From: Microcystaceae cyanobacterium
Lineage (GTDB): Bacteria; Cyanobacteriota; Cyanobacteriia; Cyanobacteriales; Microcystaceae
DNA: 64,000 bases
Assembly: GCA_041746575.1 (NCBI GenBank)
Contig: JBGTGT010000120.1
Coordinates: forward strand, 1-64,000
Direction of reading: 5' to 3'
A model generated the notes under the pieces. The model had not been told where the DNA came from, searched no databases, and saw only the letters and a list, made by a program, of their open reading frames with translations. The translations under genes and the position numbers were made by a program. Shown here one piece after another: positions 1 to 11,157 of this stretch. Numbering within the stretch: position 1 is the stretch's first letter; each line of letters opens with the position of its first letter.

Positions 1-60
1 CTGGTTATCTGGCAAGGTAAAGAAATCAACCCCGATTTATTAATGCAGAAAAAACCTTAA
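1..60 (+). CDS. 3' end of an unidentified upstream CDS (partial)
   Basis: Open frame LVIWQGKEINPDLLMQKKP ending TAA at 58-60, directly followed by a terminator-like hairpin. Confidence 0.45.
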   Translation: MVIWQGKEINPDLLMQKKP

Positions 61-66
61 CATTAA

Positions 67-102
67 ATACCAGATAGTATAATTTAACTATCTGGTATCT
101 TT
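67..102 (+). terminator. Probable intrinsic terminator
   Basis: Perfect 12-bp inverted repeat ATACCAGATAGT (67-78) / ACTATCTGGTAT (87-98), then T-rich tail. Confidence 0.65.
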
Positions 103-262
103 TATTTACAAAATCTGATATTAATATAGTATTAGTAGGAATACGATGGCGTAATATCCCTTTTTCAAATGTTATCTGTTGTCTCTAAGCCCTAGAGACA
201 TTTAACAATTGCCCAATCTAACCCTAAAATAACCATCAATCTAATTAGGAGGAACACACTCA

Positions 263-634
263 ATGAGATTCGTTGCTCGTTTCTTGATTCTTGTCACCTT
301 AGTATGGGGTTGCCTCGGCTTTCTCACCCCCCTTCAAGCCCACGCTGAGTTAAATGCCTTTGATCAAAAGCTCACCACTGAGTTTGGTCAAAAAGTGGAT
401 CTCAATAATGCGACGATTCGTGCTTTTCGAGATTTTCGAGGATTTTATCCTAATTTAGCCAGTAAAATCATTAAAAATGCACCTTATGATCGGGTAGAAG
501 ATGTTTTAGATATTTCCGGTCTTAGTGAAACGCAAAAAGCTCGTTTACAAGCCAATTTAGATAAATTCACCGTAACTGAGCCAGCGAAAGAAATTAACGA
601 AGGCGGCGATCGCATTAATCCGGGTATTTATTAA
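263..634 (+). CDS. psbU: Photosystem II 12 kDa extrinsic protein PsbU
   Basis: Signal peptide ending AHA; KVDLNN, GFYPNLA, NAPY..VEDVL, GDRINPGIY motifs; AGGAGG RBS. Confidence 0.96.
   Translation: MRFVARFLILVTLVWGCLGFLTPLQAHAELNAFDQKLTTEFGQKVDLNNATIRAFRDFRGFYPNLASKIIKNAPYDRVEDVLDISGLSETQKARLQANLDKFTVTEPAKEINEGGDRINPGIY
606..613. repeat. HIP1 palindrome GCGATCGC (representative copy; dispersed through the window)
   Basis: Exact copies e.g. 606, 1406, 8091, 46673, 50127 and many more; hallmark of cyanobacterial genomes. Confidence 0.9.
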
Positions 635-651
635 TTGTTGACTAACTTTTC

Positions 652-681
652 AGCCCATCTTAATCAGAAGGTGGGTTTTTT
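652..681 (+). terminator. psbU terminator
   Basis: AGCCCATCT/AGGTGGGTT stem with G-U pairs followed by a T run. Confidence 0.65.
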
Positions 682-772
682 ATCGCCCAATTCGGTTATC
701 ATCAAACCCTGCTCCTGATCGGAAAAAGCAGGTGTTAAGGTGTACAAGTATGAATTATTTTTGACTGTAAAC

Positions 773-812
773 GAAAAAACAAAAAAAAGGACATAATTGC
801 TTAATTATGTCC
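773..812 (-). terminator. Terminator of the rpsL-rpsJ operon
   Basis: 10-bp stem GGACATAATT/AATTATGTCC (789-812) followed on the minus strand by a long T run. Confidence 0.75.
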
Positions 813-837
813 CTTGAGTCCAAAAATCTTGAAAATT

Positions 838-1155
838 TTACAACTTTACTTCAATATCTACCCCAGCAGGTAAGTCTAATTTCATTAAAGCGTCAATGGT
901 TTTCGATGAAGGTTGATAAATATCTATAATTCTGCGGTGGGTGCGAGTTTCAAAATGTTCCCGCGAATCTTTATCAACGTGGGGCGAGCGCAGGACACAA
1001 TAAATTTTACGTTTAGTGGGTAGGGGAATCGGTCCGAGAGCAGTGGCGTTCGTTCTATTGGCTGTATCAACGATCTTTTCACAGGAAGTATCTAACAGAC
1101 GACGATCAAATGCTTTGAGGCGAATGCGAATTTTTTGTTGTTGAATAGTAGCCAT
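838..1155 (-). CDS. rpsJ: 30S ribosomal protein S10
   Basis: [31 protein letters not shown]. Confidence 0.99.
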   Translation of the reverse strand: MATIQQQKIRIRLKAFDRRLLDTSCEKIVDTANRTNATALGPIPLPTKRKIYCVLRSPHVDKDSREHFETRTHRRIIDIYQPSSKTIDALMKLDLPAGVDIEVKL

Positions 1156-1251
1156 GGTGTTAATTTTTGGGGTTTAGTTGTCAAGGTACAGTAGGGGCAA
1201 GGGATGAGGTGGGAGGGACAAGGTGCAAGGTCTAAAGTGAATTCTTAAAAA

Positions 1252-1279
1252 ACCTAACACCTAGAACCTAACACCTAAT
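1252..1279. repeat. Short tandem heptamer repeat (STRR-like)
   Basis: ACCTAAC ACCTAGA ACCTAAC ACCTAAT in the tuf-rpsJ spacer; similar reverse-complement heptamers near 35433-35455. Confidence 0.55.
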
Positions 1280-1288
1280 GAATAGAAT

Positions 1289-2518
1289 TTATTTGAGGAT
1301 TTTAGAAACCACGCCAGCACCGATGGTGCGTCCGCCTTCGCGGATGGCAAAGCGCATTCCTTGTTCAATTGCAATGGGGTTAATGAGTTCTACCGTCATT
1401 TTAATGCGATCGCCCGGCATAACCATTTCTACGGCACTACCGTCATCGGCGGTGTAGTCTTGAATTGTTCCGGTTACATCGGTGGTTCGTACATAAAATT
1501 GAGGACGATAGTTTTTGAAGAACGGGGTATGACGACCGCCTTCTTCTTTGGTTAAGACATAAACCTCGCCTTCAAATAGAGTATGGGGGGTAATCGAACC
1601 GGGTTTGGCAATGACCATACCCCGCTCAATATCTTCTTTTTTGACACCCCGAAGCAACAATCCGACATTATCGCCCGCCATCCCTTCATCAAGGGTTTTT
1701 TGGAACATTTCCACACCTGTTACGGTGGTGCTTTGGGTGTTGCGAATGCCGACGATTTCGACGGTTTCACCCACTTTCACTTTGCCCCGCTCAATTCGTC
1801 CGGTGGCAACTGTTCCCCGACCGGAGATGGAGAAAACGTCTTCTACGGCCATCAAGAAAGGCTTGTCAATATCCCGCTCAGGGGTGGGGATATATTCATC
1901 TACTTGATCCATCAAATCAAGGATTTTATCTACCCATTTATTGTCCCCTTTCTTAACTTTGGTGTTCGAGGCGGCGTAATCTAAAGCTTCTTTGGCAGAT
2001 CCTGTGACAATGGGAATATCATCACCGGGGAATTCATATTCGCTGAGGAGTTCCCGCACTTCTAATTCCACCAGTTCTAATAATTCTTCGTCATCTACCA
2101 TATCCTCTTTGTTCATGAAAACCACCAAGGAAGGAACCCCTACCTGTTTTGCTAACAGGATATGTTCACGGGTTTGGGGCATCGGACCATCGGCCGCCGA
2201 AACGACCAGAATACCACCGTCCATTTGTGCCGCTCCGGTGATCATATTTTTGACGTAGTCGGCGTGGCCTGGACAGTCCACGTGGGCATAGTGGCGAGCA
2301 TCGGTTTCGTATTCAACGTGAGCTGTGTTGATGGTAATCCCCCGCGCTTTTTCTTCTGGAGCAGCGTCAATATCTTCGTATTTTCGAGCTTTTGCTTTCC
2401 CTGCCGCAGCCAAGGTCATGGTAATGGCCGCCGTCAGGGTGGTTTTACCATGGTCAACGTGACCGATGGTGCCGATGTTAACGTGGGGTTTAGTCCGTTC
2501 AAATTTTGCGCGTGCCAT
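1289..2518 (-). CDS. tuf: Elongation factor Tu
   Basis: [20 protein letters not shown]; full length 409 aa. Confidence 0.99.
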   Translation of the reverse strand: MARAKFERTKPHVNIGTIGHVDHGKTTLTAAITMTLAAAGKAKARKYEDIDAAPEEKARGITINTAHVEYETDARHYAHVDCPGHADYVKNMITGAAQMDGGILVVSAADGPMPQTREHILLAKQVGVPSLVVFMNKEDMVDDEELLELVELEVRELLSEYEFPGDDIPIVTGSAKEALDYAASNTKVKKGDNKWVDKILDLMDQVDEYIPTPERDIDKPFLMAVEDVFSISGRGTVATGRIERGKVKVGETVEIVGIRNTQSTTVTGVEMFQKTLDEGMAGDNVGLLLRGVKKEDIERGMVIAKPGSITPHTLFEGEVYVLTKEEGGRHTPFFKNYRPQFYVRTTDVTGTIQDYTADDGSAVEMVMPGDRIKMTVELINPIAIEQGMRFAIREGGRTIGAGVVSKILK

Positions 2519-2622
2519 GAATAATGATTCCTTTTTTAATGTCTAGTTAGTTGTTTTATCAGTTATGAGTTACCCGTTACCAAATAATGATTATATTCGT
2601 TTCCGGTTCACGGGTCACTCTT

Positions 2623-4707
2623 TCACTGAAAGTAGGCGTTCCCTTTGTTGAGCGTAATAATCGCTTCGGCAACATTGCGAGGCACTTCTTCATAATGGCT
2701 AAATTCCATAGAGAAGATCCCTCGACCTTGAGTTTTTGACCGAATGTCGGTCGCATAGCCAAACATTTCCGCCAGTGGAACTTTAGCAGAAACGTTGGCA
2801 AGTCCGTCTTCGCTGCTCATCCCGTCAATACTGCCTCGGCGAGCATTGAGGTCTCCCATTACGTCCCCTAAGAAGTCTTCAGGGACTTCCACCTCGACTT
2901 GCATCGTCGGTTCGAGGAGAACAGGATTGGCTTTCATTACTGCTTTTCTGATGGCCTGTGAGCCCGCTAGCTTAAAGGCCATTTCGTTAGAATCTACTTC
3001 GTGATAAGAGCCATCCACGAGGGTCACTTTTAGATCAATTAAGGGATATCCTGCCAAAATTCCTGATTCACAGGTTTCCTTAATACCCTGTTCAATGGCG
3101 GGGATGTATTCTTTAGGAATGACTCCCCCCACGATTTTGGAGACAAATTCAAAGCCACTGGCGGATTGACCGGGTTCTAGTTCGACCACGGCATGACCGT
3201 ACTGTCCTTTACCACCGCTTTGTTTGATCCATTTTCCTTCCGCTTTGCTGGGCTTGCGAACCGTTTCTCGATAAGCCACTTGGGGTTTTCCGACATTGGC
3301 TTCGACCTTAAATTCCCGCAACATTCGATCTACCAATATTTCCAGATGGAGTTCTCCCATGCCCGCAATGACGGTTTGATTGGTTTCAGGATCTACGCTA
3401 ACGCGGAAAGTGGGATCTTCATCAGACAGAGATTGCAAGGCTTTGGACAGTTTTTCCATGTCTCCTTTTGTTTTGGGTTCGACTGCCACCGAAATCACGG
3501 GTTCGGGAATAAATAAGGATTCTAGAATAATGGGGTGGGTTTCGTTGCACAAGGTATCCCCAGTGGTGGTGTTTTTTAAGCCAATGGCTGCTCCCAAATC
3601 TCCTGAGCGTAATTCATCTACTTCAATGCGATCATTTGATTTCAGCACAATCAAACGAGAAATTCGCTCTTTTTGATCTTTCGTTGCATTGTAAATATAA
3701 CTCCCTTTTTGGAGAACTCCAGAGTAAACTCGTAAAAAGGTGAGACGGCCATAGGGATCAGCGGCAATTTTGAACGCCAACGCCGAAAAAGGTTCATTAT
3801 CGTCAGCATGACGCATGGCTTCTTCGCCATTGGGCAACAGCCCTTTAATGGGCGGCACATCCAACGGGGAAGGTAAATAATCCACTACTGCGTCTAATAA
3901 CTTTTGGACGCCTTTGTTTTTAAAGGCAGAACCGCACAGCATCGGCACAATTGTTCCTTTAATTGTTCCTTTACGCAGTCCCCGCTGAATTTCTGCTTCC
4001 GTAAAGGCTTCTCCCTCTAGGTATTTTTCGAGGAGGGTTTCGTCAGCTTCTGCTACCGCTTCAATTAATTTTAGGCGAAATTCTTCAGCTTTTCCTGATA
4101 AATTATCGGGAATCTTTTCTTCTTTGAATTCCTGTCCTAAATCATCTTGATAAACCGTTGCTTTCATTGTCACGAGGTCAACGATACCTTGAAAATTGCT
4201 TTCACTGCCAATCGGGATTTGAATCGGCACGGCATTAGCTCTGAGGCGATCGCAAATCTGCTCGTAGACTTTATAAAAATTCGCCCCTGTGCGATCCATT
4301 TTATTCACAAAGGCAATGCGCGGCACGTTATAGCGATTCGCTTGTCGCCATACGGTTTCCGATTGAGGCTGAACCCCTCCAACGGAACAAAATACGGCAA
4401 TTACCCCATCCAACACCCGCATGGAACGTTCCACCTCAATGGTGAAGTCAACGTGGCCGGGGGTGTCGATGATGTTGATGCGATGGTCATGCCAATTTGT
4501 ACTAATGGCGGCGGCGGTAATCGTAATCCCCCGCTCTTGCTCTTGCGCCATCCAGTCCATTGTCGCTGTTCCTTCATGCACTTCACCGAGTTTGTGGGCA
4601 ATGCCGGTGTAAAACAGAATCCGTTCCGTCGTTGTGGTTTTGCCCGCGTCGATATGTGCCGCAATGCCGATATTGCGTACTTGTTCCAGAGGGATATTTC
4701 GTGCCAC
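2623..4707 (-). CDS. fusA: Elongation factor G
   Basis: [18 protein letters not shown]; str operon position; GTG start with AGGAGG RBS. Confidence 0.99.
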   Translation of the reverse strand: MARNIPLEQVRNIGIAAHIDAGKTTTTERILFYTGIAHKLGEVHEGTATMDWMAQEQERGITITAAAISTNWHDHRINIIDTPGHVDFTIEVERSMRVLDGVIAVFCSVGGVQPQSETVWRQANRYNVPRIAFVNKMDRTGANFYKVYEQICDRLRANAVPIQIPIGSESNFQGIVDLVTMKATVYQDDLGQEFKEEKIPDNLSGKAEEFRLKLIEAVAEADETLLEKYLEGEAFTEAEIQRGLRKGTIKGTIVPMLCGSAFKNKGVQKLLDAVVDYLPSPLDVPPIKGLLPNGEEAMRHADDNEPFSALAFKIAADPYGRLTFLRVYSGVLQKGSYIYNATKDQKERISRLIVLKSNDRIEVDELRSGDLGAAIGLKNTTTGDTLCNETHPIILESLFIPEPVISVAVEPKTKGDMEKLSKALQSLSDEDPTFRVSVDPETNQTVIAGMGELHLEILVDRMLREFKVEANVGKPQVAYRETVRKPSKAEGKWIKQSGGKGQYGHAVVELEPGQSASGFEFVSKIVGGVIPKEYIPAIEQGIKETCESGILAGYPLIDLKVTLVDGSYHEVDSNEMAFKLAGSQAIRKAVMKANPVLLEPTMQVEVEVPEDFLGDVMGDLNARRGSIDGMSSEDGLANVSAKVPLAEMFGYATDIRSKTQGRGIFSMEFSHYEEVPRNVAEAIITLNKGNAYFQ

Positions 4708-4850
4708 AGCTTACCTCCTTTTAATAATCACCCCGTCTTTTCCTCACTCTTTACAATTTTATACTTTTCTTTGTAAATTGTTACGAAAGAGGATGACAAT
4801 TACAATCTAAAAATGTGACAAAAAGATATTATCAGGCTAAATTAAACGGG

Positions 4851-5321
4851 TTAGTACCGATAATGCGCAAAAGCTTTATTGGCTTCTGCCATCCGGTGGG
4901 TTTCTTCCCGTTTTTTGATGGCAGCACCCGTTTCATTGGCTGCATCCATGATTTCATTAGCGAGCCGCATGGCCATGGTTCGACCCCCTCTAGAGCGGGA
5001 AAATTGAATTAGCCAACGCAGGGCAAGGGCAGTGCCTCTAGACGAACGCACTTCCATCGGGACTTGATAAGTTGCCCCACCGACCCGTCGTGCTTTGACT
5101 TCGACTAATGGGGTCAAATTCCGCACGGCTTGTTCAAAAACTTCTAAGGGTTCTTGGCCGGTGCGCTCTTTGATAATATTGAGTGCTTCATAGACAATGT
5201 GAGCGGCTAGGGCTTTTTTGCCGTCTTTCATCACCCGACGGATGGTCATGTTCAATAAACAACTGTTATAGACCGGATCGGGGGGAACGGGACGTTTTTT
5301 GATGTTTCCTCGACGAGACAT
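4851..5321 (-). CDS. rpsG: 30S ribosomal protein S7
   Basis: [24 protein letters not shown]. Confidence 0.99.
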   Translation of the reverse strand: MSRRGNIKKRPVPPDPVYNSCLLNMTIRRVMKDGKKALAAHIVYEALNIIKERTGQEPLEVFEQAVRNLTPLVEVKARRVGGATYQVPMEVRSSRGTALALRWLIQFSRSRGGRTMAMRLANEIMDAANETGAAIKKREETHRMAEANKAFAHYRY

Positions 5322-5472
5322 GGAACGGGTATTACCTCCAAAATGAGTGGCACAGAAACAGAAGAGAAAAGTTCAGGGACACAAAGAACCTTGCCTTACC
5401 TAACTTTCTCTTCAGACAGATAGGGGAAAGGGCGGCAGAGATGAGGTTATAAATGAGGGGATTTATCTAGAT

Positions 5473-5850
5473 TTATGACGCTTTAGGACGCTTTGTTCCG
5501 TACTTAGAGCGACCTTGCTTGCGATCTTTTACCCCTGTCGCATCAAGCGTTCCTCTAACAATATGATATCTTACGCCGGGCAGGTCTTTAACCCGACCCC
5601 CCCGAATCAAAACAACGGAGTGTTCTTGTAAGTTATGTCCAATTCCCGGAATATAGGCAGTCACTTCAAAACCGGAGGTTAGACGAACCCGTGCCACTTT
5701 ACGCAGGGCAGAGTTAGGTTTTTTGGGCGTGGTGGTATAGACTCTGGTACAGACGCCTCGACGTTGAGGACATTGTTTCAGGGCAGGAGATTTGGTTTTC
5801 TTTTTGGCTTTGGATCGTTCGCTACGAATTAGCTGTTGAATAGTGGGCAT
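5473..5850 (-). CDS. rpsL: 30S ribosomal protein S12
   Basis: [23 protein letters not shown]. Confidence 0.99.
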   Translation of the reverse strand: MPTIQQLIRSERSKAKKKTKSPALKQCPQRRGVCTRVYTTTPKKPNSALRKVARVRLTSGFEVTAYIPGIGHNLQEHSVVLIRGGRVKDLPGVRYHIVRGTLDATGVKDRKQGRSKYGTKRPKAS

Positions 5851-6088
5851 GGGTATAATCTAGTAAAAGGGCAGTGTGACCCCCCTGAGCTGGTTGAATA
5901 CTTGACAAATAACCATCGTAGCGATTTTTGGGATCGTTTGTCAATAGCCTAAATGTTCAGTTTGACCGATACCGTATTCAGATTAATTAAAAAATAGAAA
6001 AAACGAGTAATATTAGGACTAATATGGCAAAATTTAAGAATGAAGTTCTAATAGCAGAGGCGAGTAGGGCAGAACCAGATAAAAGGTT

Positions 6089-7000
6089 CTAATAGGTCAC
6101 TCGATCAGATCGGTAATCAGGGGGTTCGACATGAATAATCACCCTAACAGGACTAAAGCGTGCTTCTAGTCGTTCTTCGACGGCTTCGGTAATATGATGA
6201 GCGGTTTCGACATCTGGTGCGTCAACGATCAAGTGCATCTCAATAAAGACCTGTCGTCCTAATAGACCCCGCGAGGCGATATCATGACAGTTAACTACCC
6301 CCGATACTGCCATCACTTCTCGATGAATCGCTTCTGGGGCGATCGCCACTTCATCGACTAACCAAGGCAAATTACTTTTAATCACTTGCCAACCACTATA
6401 AAAGACTAAACCCGCTACTGGAAAGGACAAAACAACATCTAACGCTTGTAATTGAGGAAAATTATAGCGATTTCCCAACCAAATTCCAATTAAACCTGCT
6501 AAAACGGCAATAGTTACCCAAATATCACTCATGGTGTGATAGGCATCGGCGATTAAAATTTGACTGCCAATGCGTTTCCCGACACGCCGTTCATAAAAAG
6601 CGACGAAAATATTAATTCCTAAGACAAGCAATAAAACCCACAGTTCCCAACCGCTAATTTTGACCGTTTTTCCACCTTGCCAAAGTCTTTCGACGGCACT
6701 CGATAAAATTTCGAAACAGGCAATCCCTAAGAAAGCGGCAATTCCTAAAGCTCCTACTGCTTCGTATTTTTGGTGACCATAGGGATGATCTCTATCCGGT
6801 TCAGGGGAAGATAAACGACTGGTGACTAGCCCTAACACATTGTTAATACTATCGGTGACGCTATGTAAAGCATCTGCTTGTAAACTTAAAGAACCTGTCA
6901 AAAACGCAACTCCAGCCTTCAAAGTCATTACTAATAGATTCAACCAGAGGGTAATCAGTAAAACTTGGCGAACTTTAGCACGATGATCGACGACAACCAT
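6089..7000 (-). CDS. Cation diffusion facilitator (FieF-like) metal transporter
   Basis: ADALHSVTD, HPYGH, ADAYHTMSD, C-terminal IHVEP; multiple TM segments. Confidence 0.93.
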   Translation of the reverse strand: MVVVDHRAKVRQVLLITLWLNLLVMTLKAGVAFLTGSLSLQADALHSVTDSINNVLGLVTSRLSSPEPDRDHPYGHQKYEAVGALGIAAFLGIACFEILSSAVERLWQGGKTVKISGWELWVLLLVLGINIFVAFYERRVGKRIGSQILIADAYHTMSDIWVTIAVLAGLIGIWLGNRYNFPQLQALDVVLSFPVAGLVFYSGWQVIKSNLPWLVDEVAIAPEAIHREVMAVSGVVNCHDIASRGLLGRQVFIEMHLIVDAPDVETAHHITEAVEERLEARFSPVRVIIHVEPPDYRSDRVTY

Positions 7001-7094
7001 AGGTTAAAATCACATTTTTTTTTTATTGGAAATAGAGAAAATAATGCCTAAATGTGAAACAAAGAAAATGACAGGTTAAATTAAGTTTACTGGT

Positions 7095-7337
7095 TTAGTC
7101 GCCAATAATCTCAGGTTGAGTGAGTTCATCAGACATTTCAATGATGGCACGAATGGCGGGTTTCATCATGGGATCATCGATATTGTCAAATTCTTCATAA
7201 CGACGACGCTTTGCCCGTTTAGCTACCATAACCGTGATTCGGTAGCGATTAGAAGCCGCACTCATGAGTTCTTCTGCACGATACATGATTTGAGAAGAAT
7301 CAAAACTATATTTTTTGATCATTGAGGTGTCATTCAT
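7095..7337 (-). CDS. rpoZ: RNA polymerase omega subunit (Ycf61-type)
   Basis: [16 protein letters not shown] and [13 protein letters not shown] typical of cyanobacterial RpoZ; start may be at 7322. Confidence 0.92.
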   Translation of the reverse strand: MNDTSMIKKYSFDSSQIMYRAEELMSAASNRYRITVMVAKRAKRRRYEEFDNIDDPMMKPAIRAIIEMSDELTQPEIIGD

Positions 7338-7509
7338 ACAATTAGGAAGATATGCCCTAGTGTATCGAATTCTTGGCTTTCCATCACGGCTCTCTTTTTG
7401 CGGTGAAGGTTGACAAGTGAGGACAAATACCCATTAATATAGAGGTTGAGTTAAATTATGTATAAATGTAAATTTTTTATCCTTTTTGTAACATTTTTTC
7501 AGCATCTAC

Positions 7510-8232
7510 ATGATTATCTATCGCCAACAACCGTCTCTGAAAACTCGCTCAATTCATCCCCTTAAAGTGATTGCATTAGGCGATAGCTTAGTGTATGGCT
7601 ATGGTGATCCGATTGGCGGAGGCTGGGTGGAGCAACTACGACGATATTGGATGATGTCCGAAGAAGCAGGTCATATTCTTTACAATTTGGGGATTCGGGG
7701 GGATCGGGTGATCCAAGTGGCAGAGCGATTGGAGCGGGAGTTTCGGCAACGGGGGGAACTTCGCAATCAGGTGCCTGATTTAATTATTCTTTCGGTGGGA
7801 GTGAATGATACTCCTCGATTGGGTAAGATGGACGGGAGAAATCATACCCATTTAACCTTATTTGCTCAACAAATGGCTGATTTACTGGATAAAGCTCAAG
7901 CTCTCTGTCCCGTTTTAGTTGTGGGGATGACGCCCGTTGATGAGTCAAAAATGCCCTTTCTAGACTGTTTTTATTATAACCACGCCGATCAATATCAATA
8001 TAAAGAAGTGGCCAAACAAGCCTGTCAGCAAAGACAAATTCCTTACTTAGATATTTTTGAGCATTGGCAGAGAAGAGGGAAAGCGTGGGTGCGATCGCAT
8101 ATGAGTGACGACGGATTACATCCTAATGTGGCAGGATATCGAGCTTTATGGGAAGATGTACTGAATTGGTCACCAATTGCTCAGTTATCTACAATATCCG
8201 ACGCAAATTGTGAACTAACCTCTTTTTATTAA
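7510..8232 (+). CDS. GDSL/SGNH esterase-lipase
   Basis: GDSL block I, GVND block III, DGLHP block V. Confidence 0.92.
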   Translation: MIIYRQQPSLKTRSIHPLKVIALGDSLVYGYGDPIGGGWVEQLRRYWMMSEEAGHILYNLGIRGDRVIQVAERLEREFRQRGELRNQVPDLIILSVGVNDTPRLGKMDGRNHTHLTLFAQQMADLLDKAQALCPVLVVGMTPVDESKMPFLDCFYYNHADQYQYKEVAKQACQQRQIPYLDIFEHWQRRGKAWVRSHMSDDGLHPNVAGYRALWEDVLNWSPIAQLSTISDANCELTSFY

Positions 8233-8242
8233 TTAATCATTG

Positions 8243-8343
8243 CGACGGTTTTAACCTCAGGGTAAGTTAAATACACGTTGGGGCGCAAGCCTATGATCCC
8301 CTAGAATGAACGTTGTACCTTGTTAAGTAGGAAGACTGCTGTA
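8243..8343. repeat. Degenerate REP/MITE-like cyanobacterial intergenic repeat
   Basis: Central GGGGCGCAAG...CCCCT hairpin remnant with TTGTACCT and ACTGCTGTA flanks, resembling GTAGGGGCG...CCCCTAC REP elements. Confidence 0.45.
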
Positions 8344-8507
8344 GTGCAGAGAAGGTGTCAGAATGATGGGTTAATCGTCATTGATGGCGGTTTGCTGATA
8401 ACGGGTTGTTGATTCTCGAAAATTCGCTAGATTATTAGATAGCATAAAGACAGACTTTTTTCATCTCTCCTCTCACGCTACGATGACTGTCCTTTTAAGG
8501 TGATCCT

Positions 8508-9611
8508 ATGCTAGACAAATTTAAAAGTTTATTTAGCAGTCAAACAGGAGGTATTGGCTTAGAAATTACTCCTGAACGACTGAATATTGCCCAAATTGTC
8601 CGTCAAGGACAAACTTACAAACTAACGAAGTTGTGCACGGCCGAAATTGATGAAGGGGTTTTTGAAGAGGGAAAAATTGTCGATTCTCCCTCCTTAGCCG
8701 AAAAAATCACGGAAATTCTCGCAGAGAACAAAATTAAAATCAAGCGAGTAGCCACCTCCGTTCCCATGCGGGAATCAATTATTCGCATTATTCCCATTCC
8801 TGCCGAACTCGATGACCAAGAATTGCGGGATATGGTGCTGAACCACGAAGCAAGTTTATATTTGCCCTATCCGAGGGAAGAAGTCGATCTTGACTACCAA
8901 AAACTGGGGTATTTTGAAGACGAAGATGGCATTGAGAAAGTACAAGTGCTATTGGTGGCAACACGACGAGAAATTACCGATTCTTATATGGATACCTTCC
9001 AGCAAGCTGGCTTAGAGGTAGATGTTCTCGATATCAATAGCTTTGCCCTGATTCGTACTATTCGGGAGCAACTAAGGCAATTTGGCTCAAAAGAAGCGGT
9101 GGTTTTGGTGGATATCGAGTTTGATAACACAGAAATTGCCATTATTGTCGATGGTGTTCCTCAATTTTCCCGCACCGTTCCCATTGGAACGTATCAGATG
9201 CAGAATGCCTTATCGAGAGCGATGAATTTGCCCACTGCCCGTAATCCTGAAATCTTGCAGGGCATGACCATTCCGGTCACCCAATATGACAGCTTGAGTA
9301 CGCAAGGCGCAGCCGTCAATCCGGGTATGAATGCTTTAATGCGGGTTTTGGGGGAATTAACCGATGAATTACGCCGTTCTATTAATTTTTATCTCAATCA
9401 AAGTGAAGATTTAGAAGTCGTGCAATTATTATTAGCAGGGCCAGGGGGAGGCATTGTACAACTGGATGAATACTTAACCCAGCGTCTCAGTTTGCCGACG
9501 ATGCAAGTTGATCCCGTCACCGCCTTAGCCCTTGAAACCGATCAAGAGATTCCGTCTGTGCAACGGCCGGGATTAGGGACAGTGCTTGGACTTGGCTTAA
9601 GAGAGGTGTAA
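8508..9611 (+). CDS. pilM: Type IV pilus assembly protein PilM
   Basis: Actin-like fold (GLEIT, VDIEF, LAGPGG, GLGLR); first gene of pilMNOQ. Confidence 0.95.
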   Translation: MLDKFKSLFSSQTGGIGLEITPERLNIAQIVRQGQTYKLTKLCTAEIDEGVFEEGKIVDSPSLAEKITEILAENKIKIKRVATSVPMRESIIRIIPIPAELDDQELRDMVLNHEASLYLPYPREEVDLDYQKLGYFEDEDGIEKVQVLLVATRREITDSYMDTFQQAGLEVDVLDINSFALIRTIREQLRQFGSKEAVVLVDIEFDNTEIAIIVDGVPQFSRTVPIGTYQMQNALSRAMNLPTARNPEILQGMTIPVTQYDSLSTQGAAVNPGMNALMRVLGELTDELRRSINFYLNQSEDLEVVQLLLAGPGGGIVQLDEYLTQRLSLPTMQVDPVTALALETDQEIPSVQRPGLGTVLGLGLREV

Positions 9612-9615
9612 AACC

Positions 9616-10374
9616 ATGTATAGTTTAGACGTTAATTTTCTCAAAGATCGTCATTTAGAAACCACTAAAACAACGACGTCCCCCAAAAAATCACCAACGG
9701 CGACCCTCAAGCAACAAACACCGCTTTTAATCGGTGCAGGTGTGGGTTTAGGGTTAGTTGCCTTAACGGGGGGCTTTTTAGCCTTTTTGAACCTGCAAAA
9801 AAATCAGACCCAAGACAACATTGCCGAGTTGGATGCCAAACTAGGTCAATTACAGGAACAAGCCAAATCGGTCGAAGAAATCAAACAGCAAATTGAAGTG
9901 GCTAATGGAGAAGTCACGGCTTTAGTGAGCGTGTTTAACCAGATTCGTCCGTGGTCAGCATTGCTAGAAGAACTTAAGGTACAAATTCCCGAAAATGTTC
10001 AGATTTCTAGCGTGATCGAAGGACCCGCTCCCCAAGTGGAAGGTCAACCACCGGGAACGCAACTGACGATAGATGGGTACGCCCAAAATTATGAAGCGGT
10101 TAACGATTTTTTGTTAACTTTACAAAATTCTCGTTTTCTTAAAGCCAATCGAACACAAATTGTTTCAGCAACGCTAGAAAAATCGCTCCCCCTGCAATTA
10201 ACAGCCGGAAGTCCCTATCAATCCGCCAGTCTTCCCGATGTGGTGAAATATAAAATTACCACCGAGTTTAGTAACATCCCCGCCGATCAACTCCGCAAAG
10301 AATTGAGCCAGCGAGGGGCGGTGGGACTGCTCAGCCGTTTAAGAACCCTAGAACAAACAGGAGCGATCAAATGA
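9616..10374 (+). CDS. pilN: Type IV pilus assembly protein PilN
   Basis: N-terminal DVNFL, one TM, coiled coil, PWSALL; synteny. Confidence 0.92.
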   Translation: MYSLDVNFLKDRHLETTKTTTSPKKSPTATLKQQTPLLIGAGVGLGLVALTGGFLAFLNLQKNQTQDNIAELDAKLGQLQEQAKSVEEIKQQIEVANGEVTALVSVFNQIRPWSALLEELKVQIPENVQISSVIEGPAPQVEGQPPGTQLTIDGYAQNYEAVNDFLLTLQNSRFLKANRTQIVSATLEKSLPLQLTAGSPYQSASLPDVVKYKITTEFSNIPADQLRKELSQRGAVGLLSRLRTLEQTGAIK

Positions 10375-11087
10375 CCTACACCGAAGAATTTATTCCCGAA
10401 GACGAGCAGGGTTTTGGCCAAGGGGACTATCCCACAGCCTTTGGCATTACTTTTACCCCTAAGGTATCGGGTATCGCTTTAGGGTTGTTAGGCTTACTCG
10501 TCTCTGCTTATTTATTAATGAATTTTGGTCTGTCGGCTTTTGGAGAATTATCGGAATTGCAAGCCCAAGAAGCCGATAAGCGTCAACAAGTCGAAGCCAA
10601 AGAATCGGGCAAGCTCGATCAAGAAAAACTCTCGTTAGAAGCGGAATTGAGACGACTGCAACTGACCAAACAGCAAGTTCTGGGTTTATATTCCAAACCC
10701 GATACCTTGAATACGATTTTACTGGATATTACCCGTTTAGCGGAGGCTGGCAAGGTAGAACTTTTGAGTTTTCAACCGGCCGGAGAAACAACGGTGGTCA
10801 ATGATGGCTCTTTGGGAACAGCAGTTAACGGGAAGCTCAAACGCCAGAGCTATCAATTGCAAATCGATGGAACTTATCAAAATATCCAAACGTTTCTCCG
10901 AAATTTAGAGCGACTTCAACCGTTGTTGGTGGTTAAGAATCTTAGCATTTCTCCTCAACAAACAGAGTCACAAGCAGGAATTCCTGTTAAATTAGTAGAA
11001 AATCCCGATGAGGTCTATGCGATTCCGGGGGAACCCGCTAAATTAGGCGCGCAGTTTACCTTGGATGTCGTCTTACCCGCCCAATAA
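10371..11087 (+). CDS. pilO: Type IV pilus assembly protein PilO
   Basis: TM plus coiled coil, GTY..IQTFLRNLERLQPL; ATGA overlap with pilN. Confidence 0.9.
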   Translation: MTYTEEFIPEDEQGFGQGDYPTAFGITFTPKVSGIALGLLGLLVSAYLLMNFGLSAFGELSELQAQEADKRQQVEAKESGKLDQEKLSLEAELRRLQLTKQQVLGLYSKPDTLNTILLDITRLAEAGKVELLSFQPAGETTVVNDGSLGTAVNGKLKRQSYQLQIDGTYQNIQTFLRNLERLQPLLVVKNLSISPQQTESQAGIPVKLVENPDEVYAIPGEPAKLGAQFTLDVVLPAQ

Positions 11088-11157
11088 ACGGCGGTTTGGT
11101 GTGTAAAACGGATCGTTAAATTTCGATCAGACTTTTTATTTGGTAGAGGAGTGAATT

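Noticed and set aside
1361..5012. Many long opposite-strand or alternate-frame ORFs over tuf, fusA and rpsG (likewise over infB, nusA, narB, guaA)
   Set aside because: Shadow ORFs of conserved genes with no motifs or RBS support
838..5850. rpsJ attached to the str operon rather than the S10 operon
   Set aside because: Standard cyanobacterial gene order
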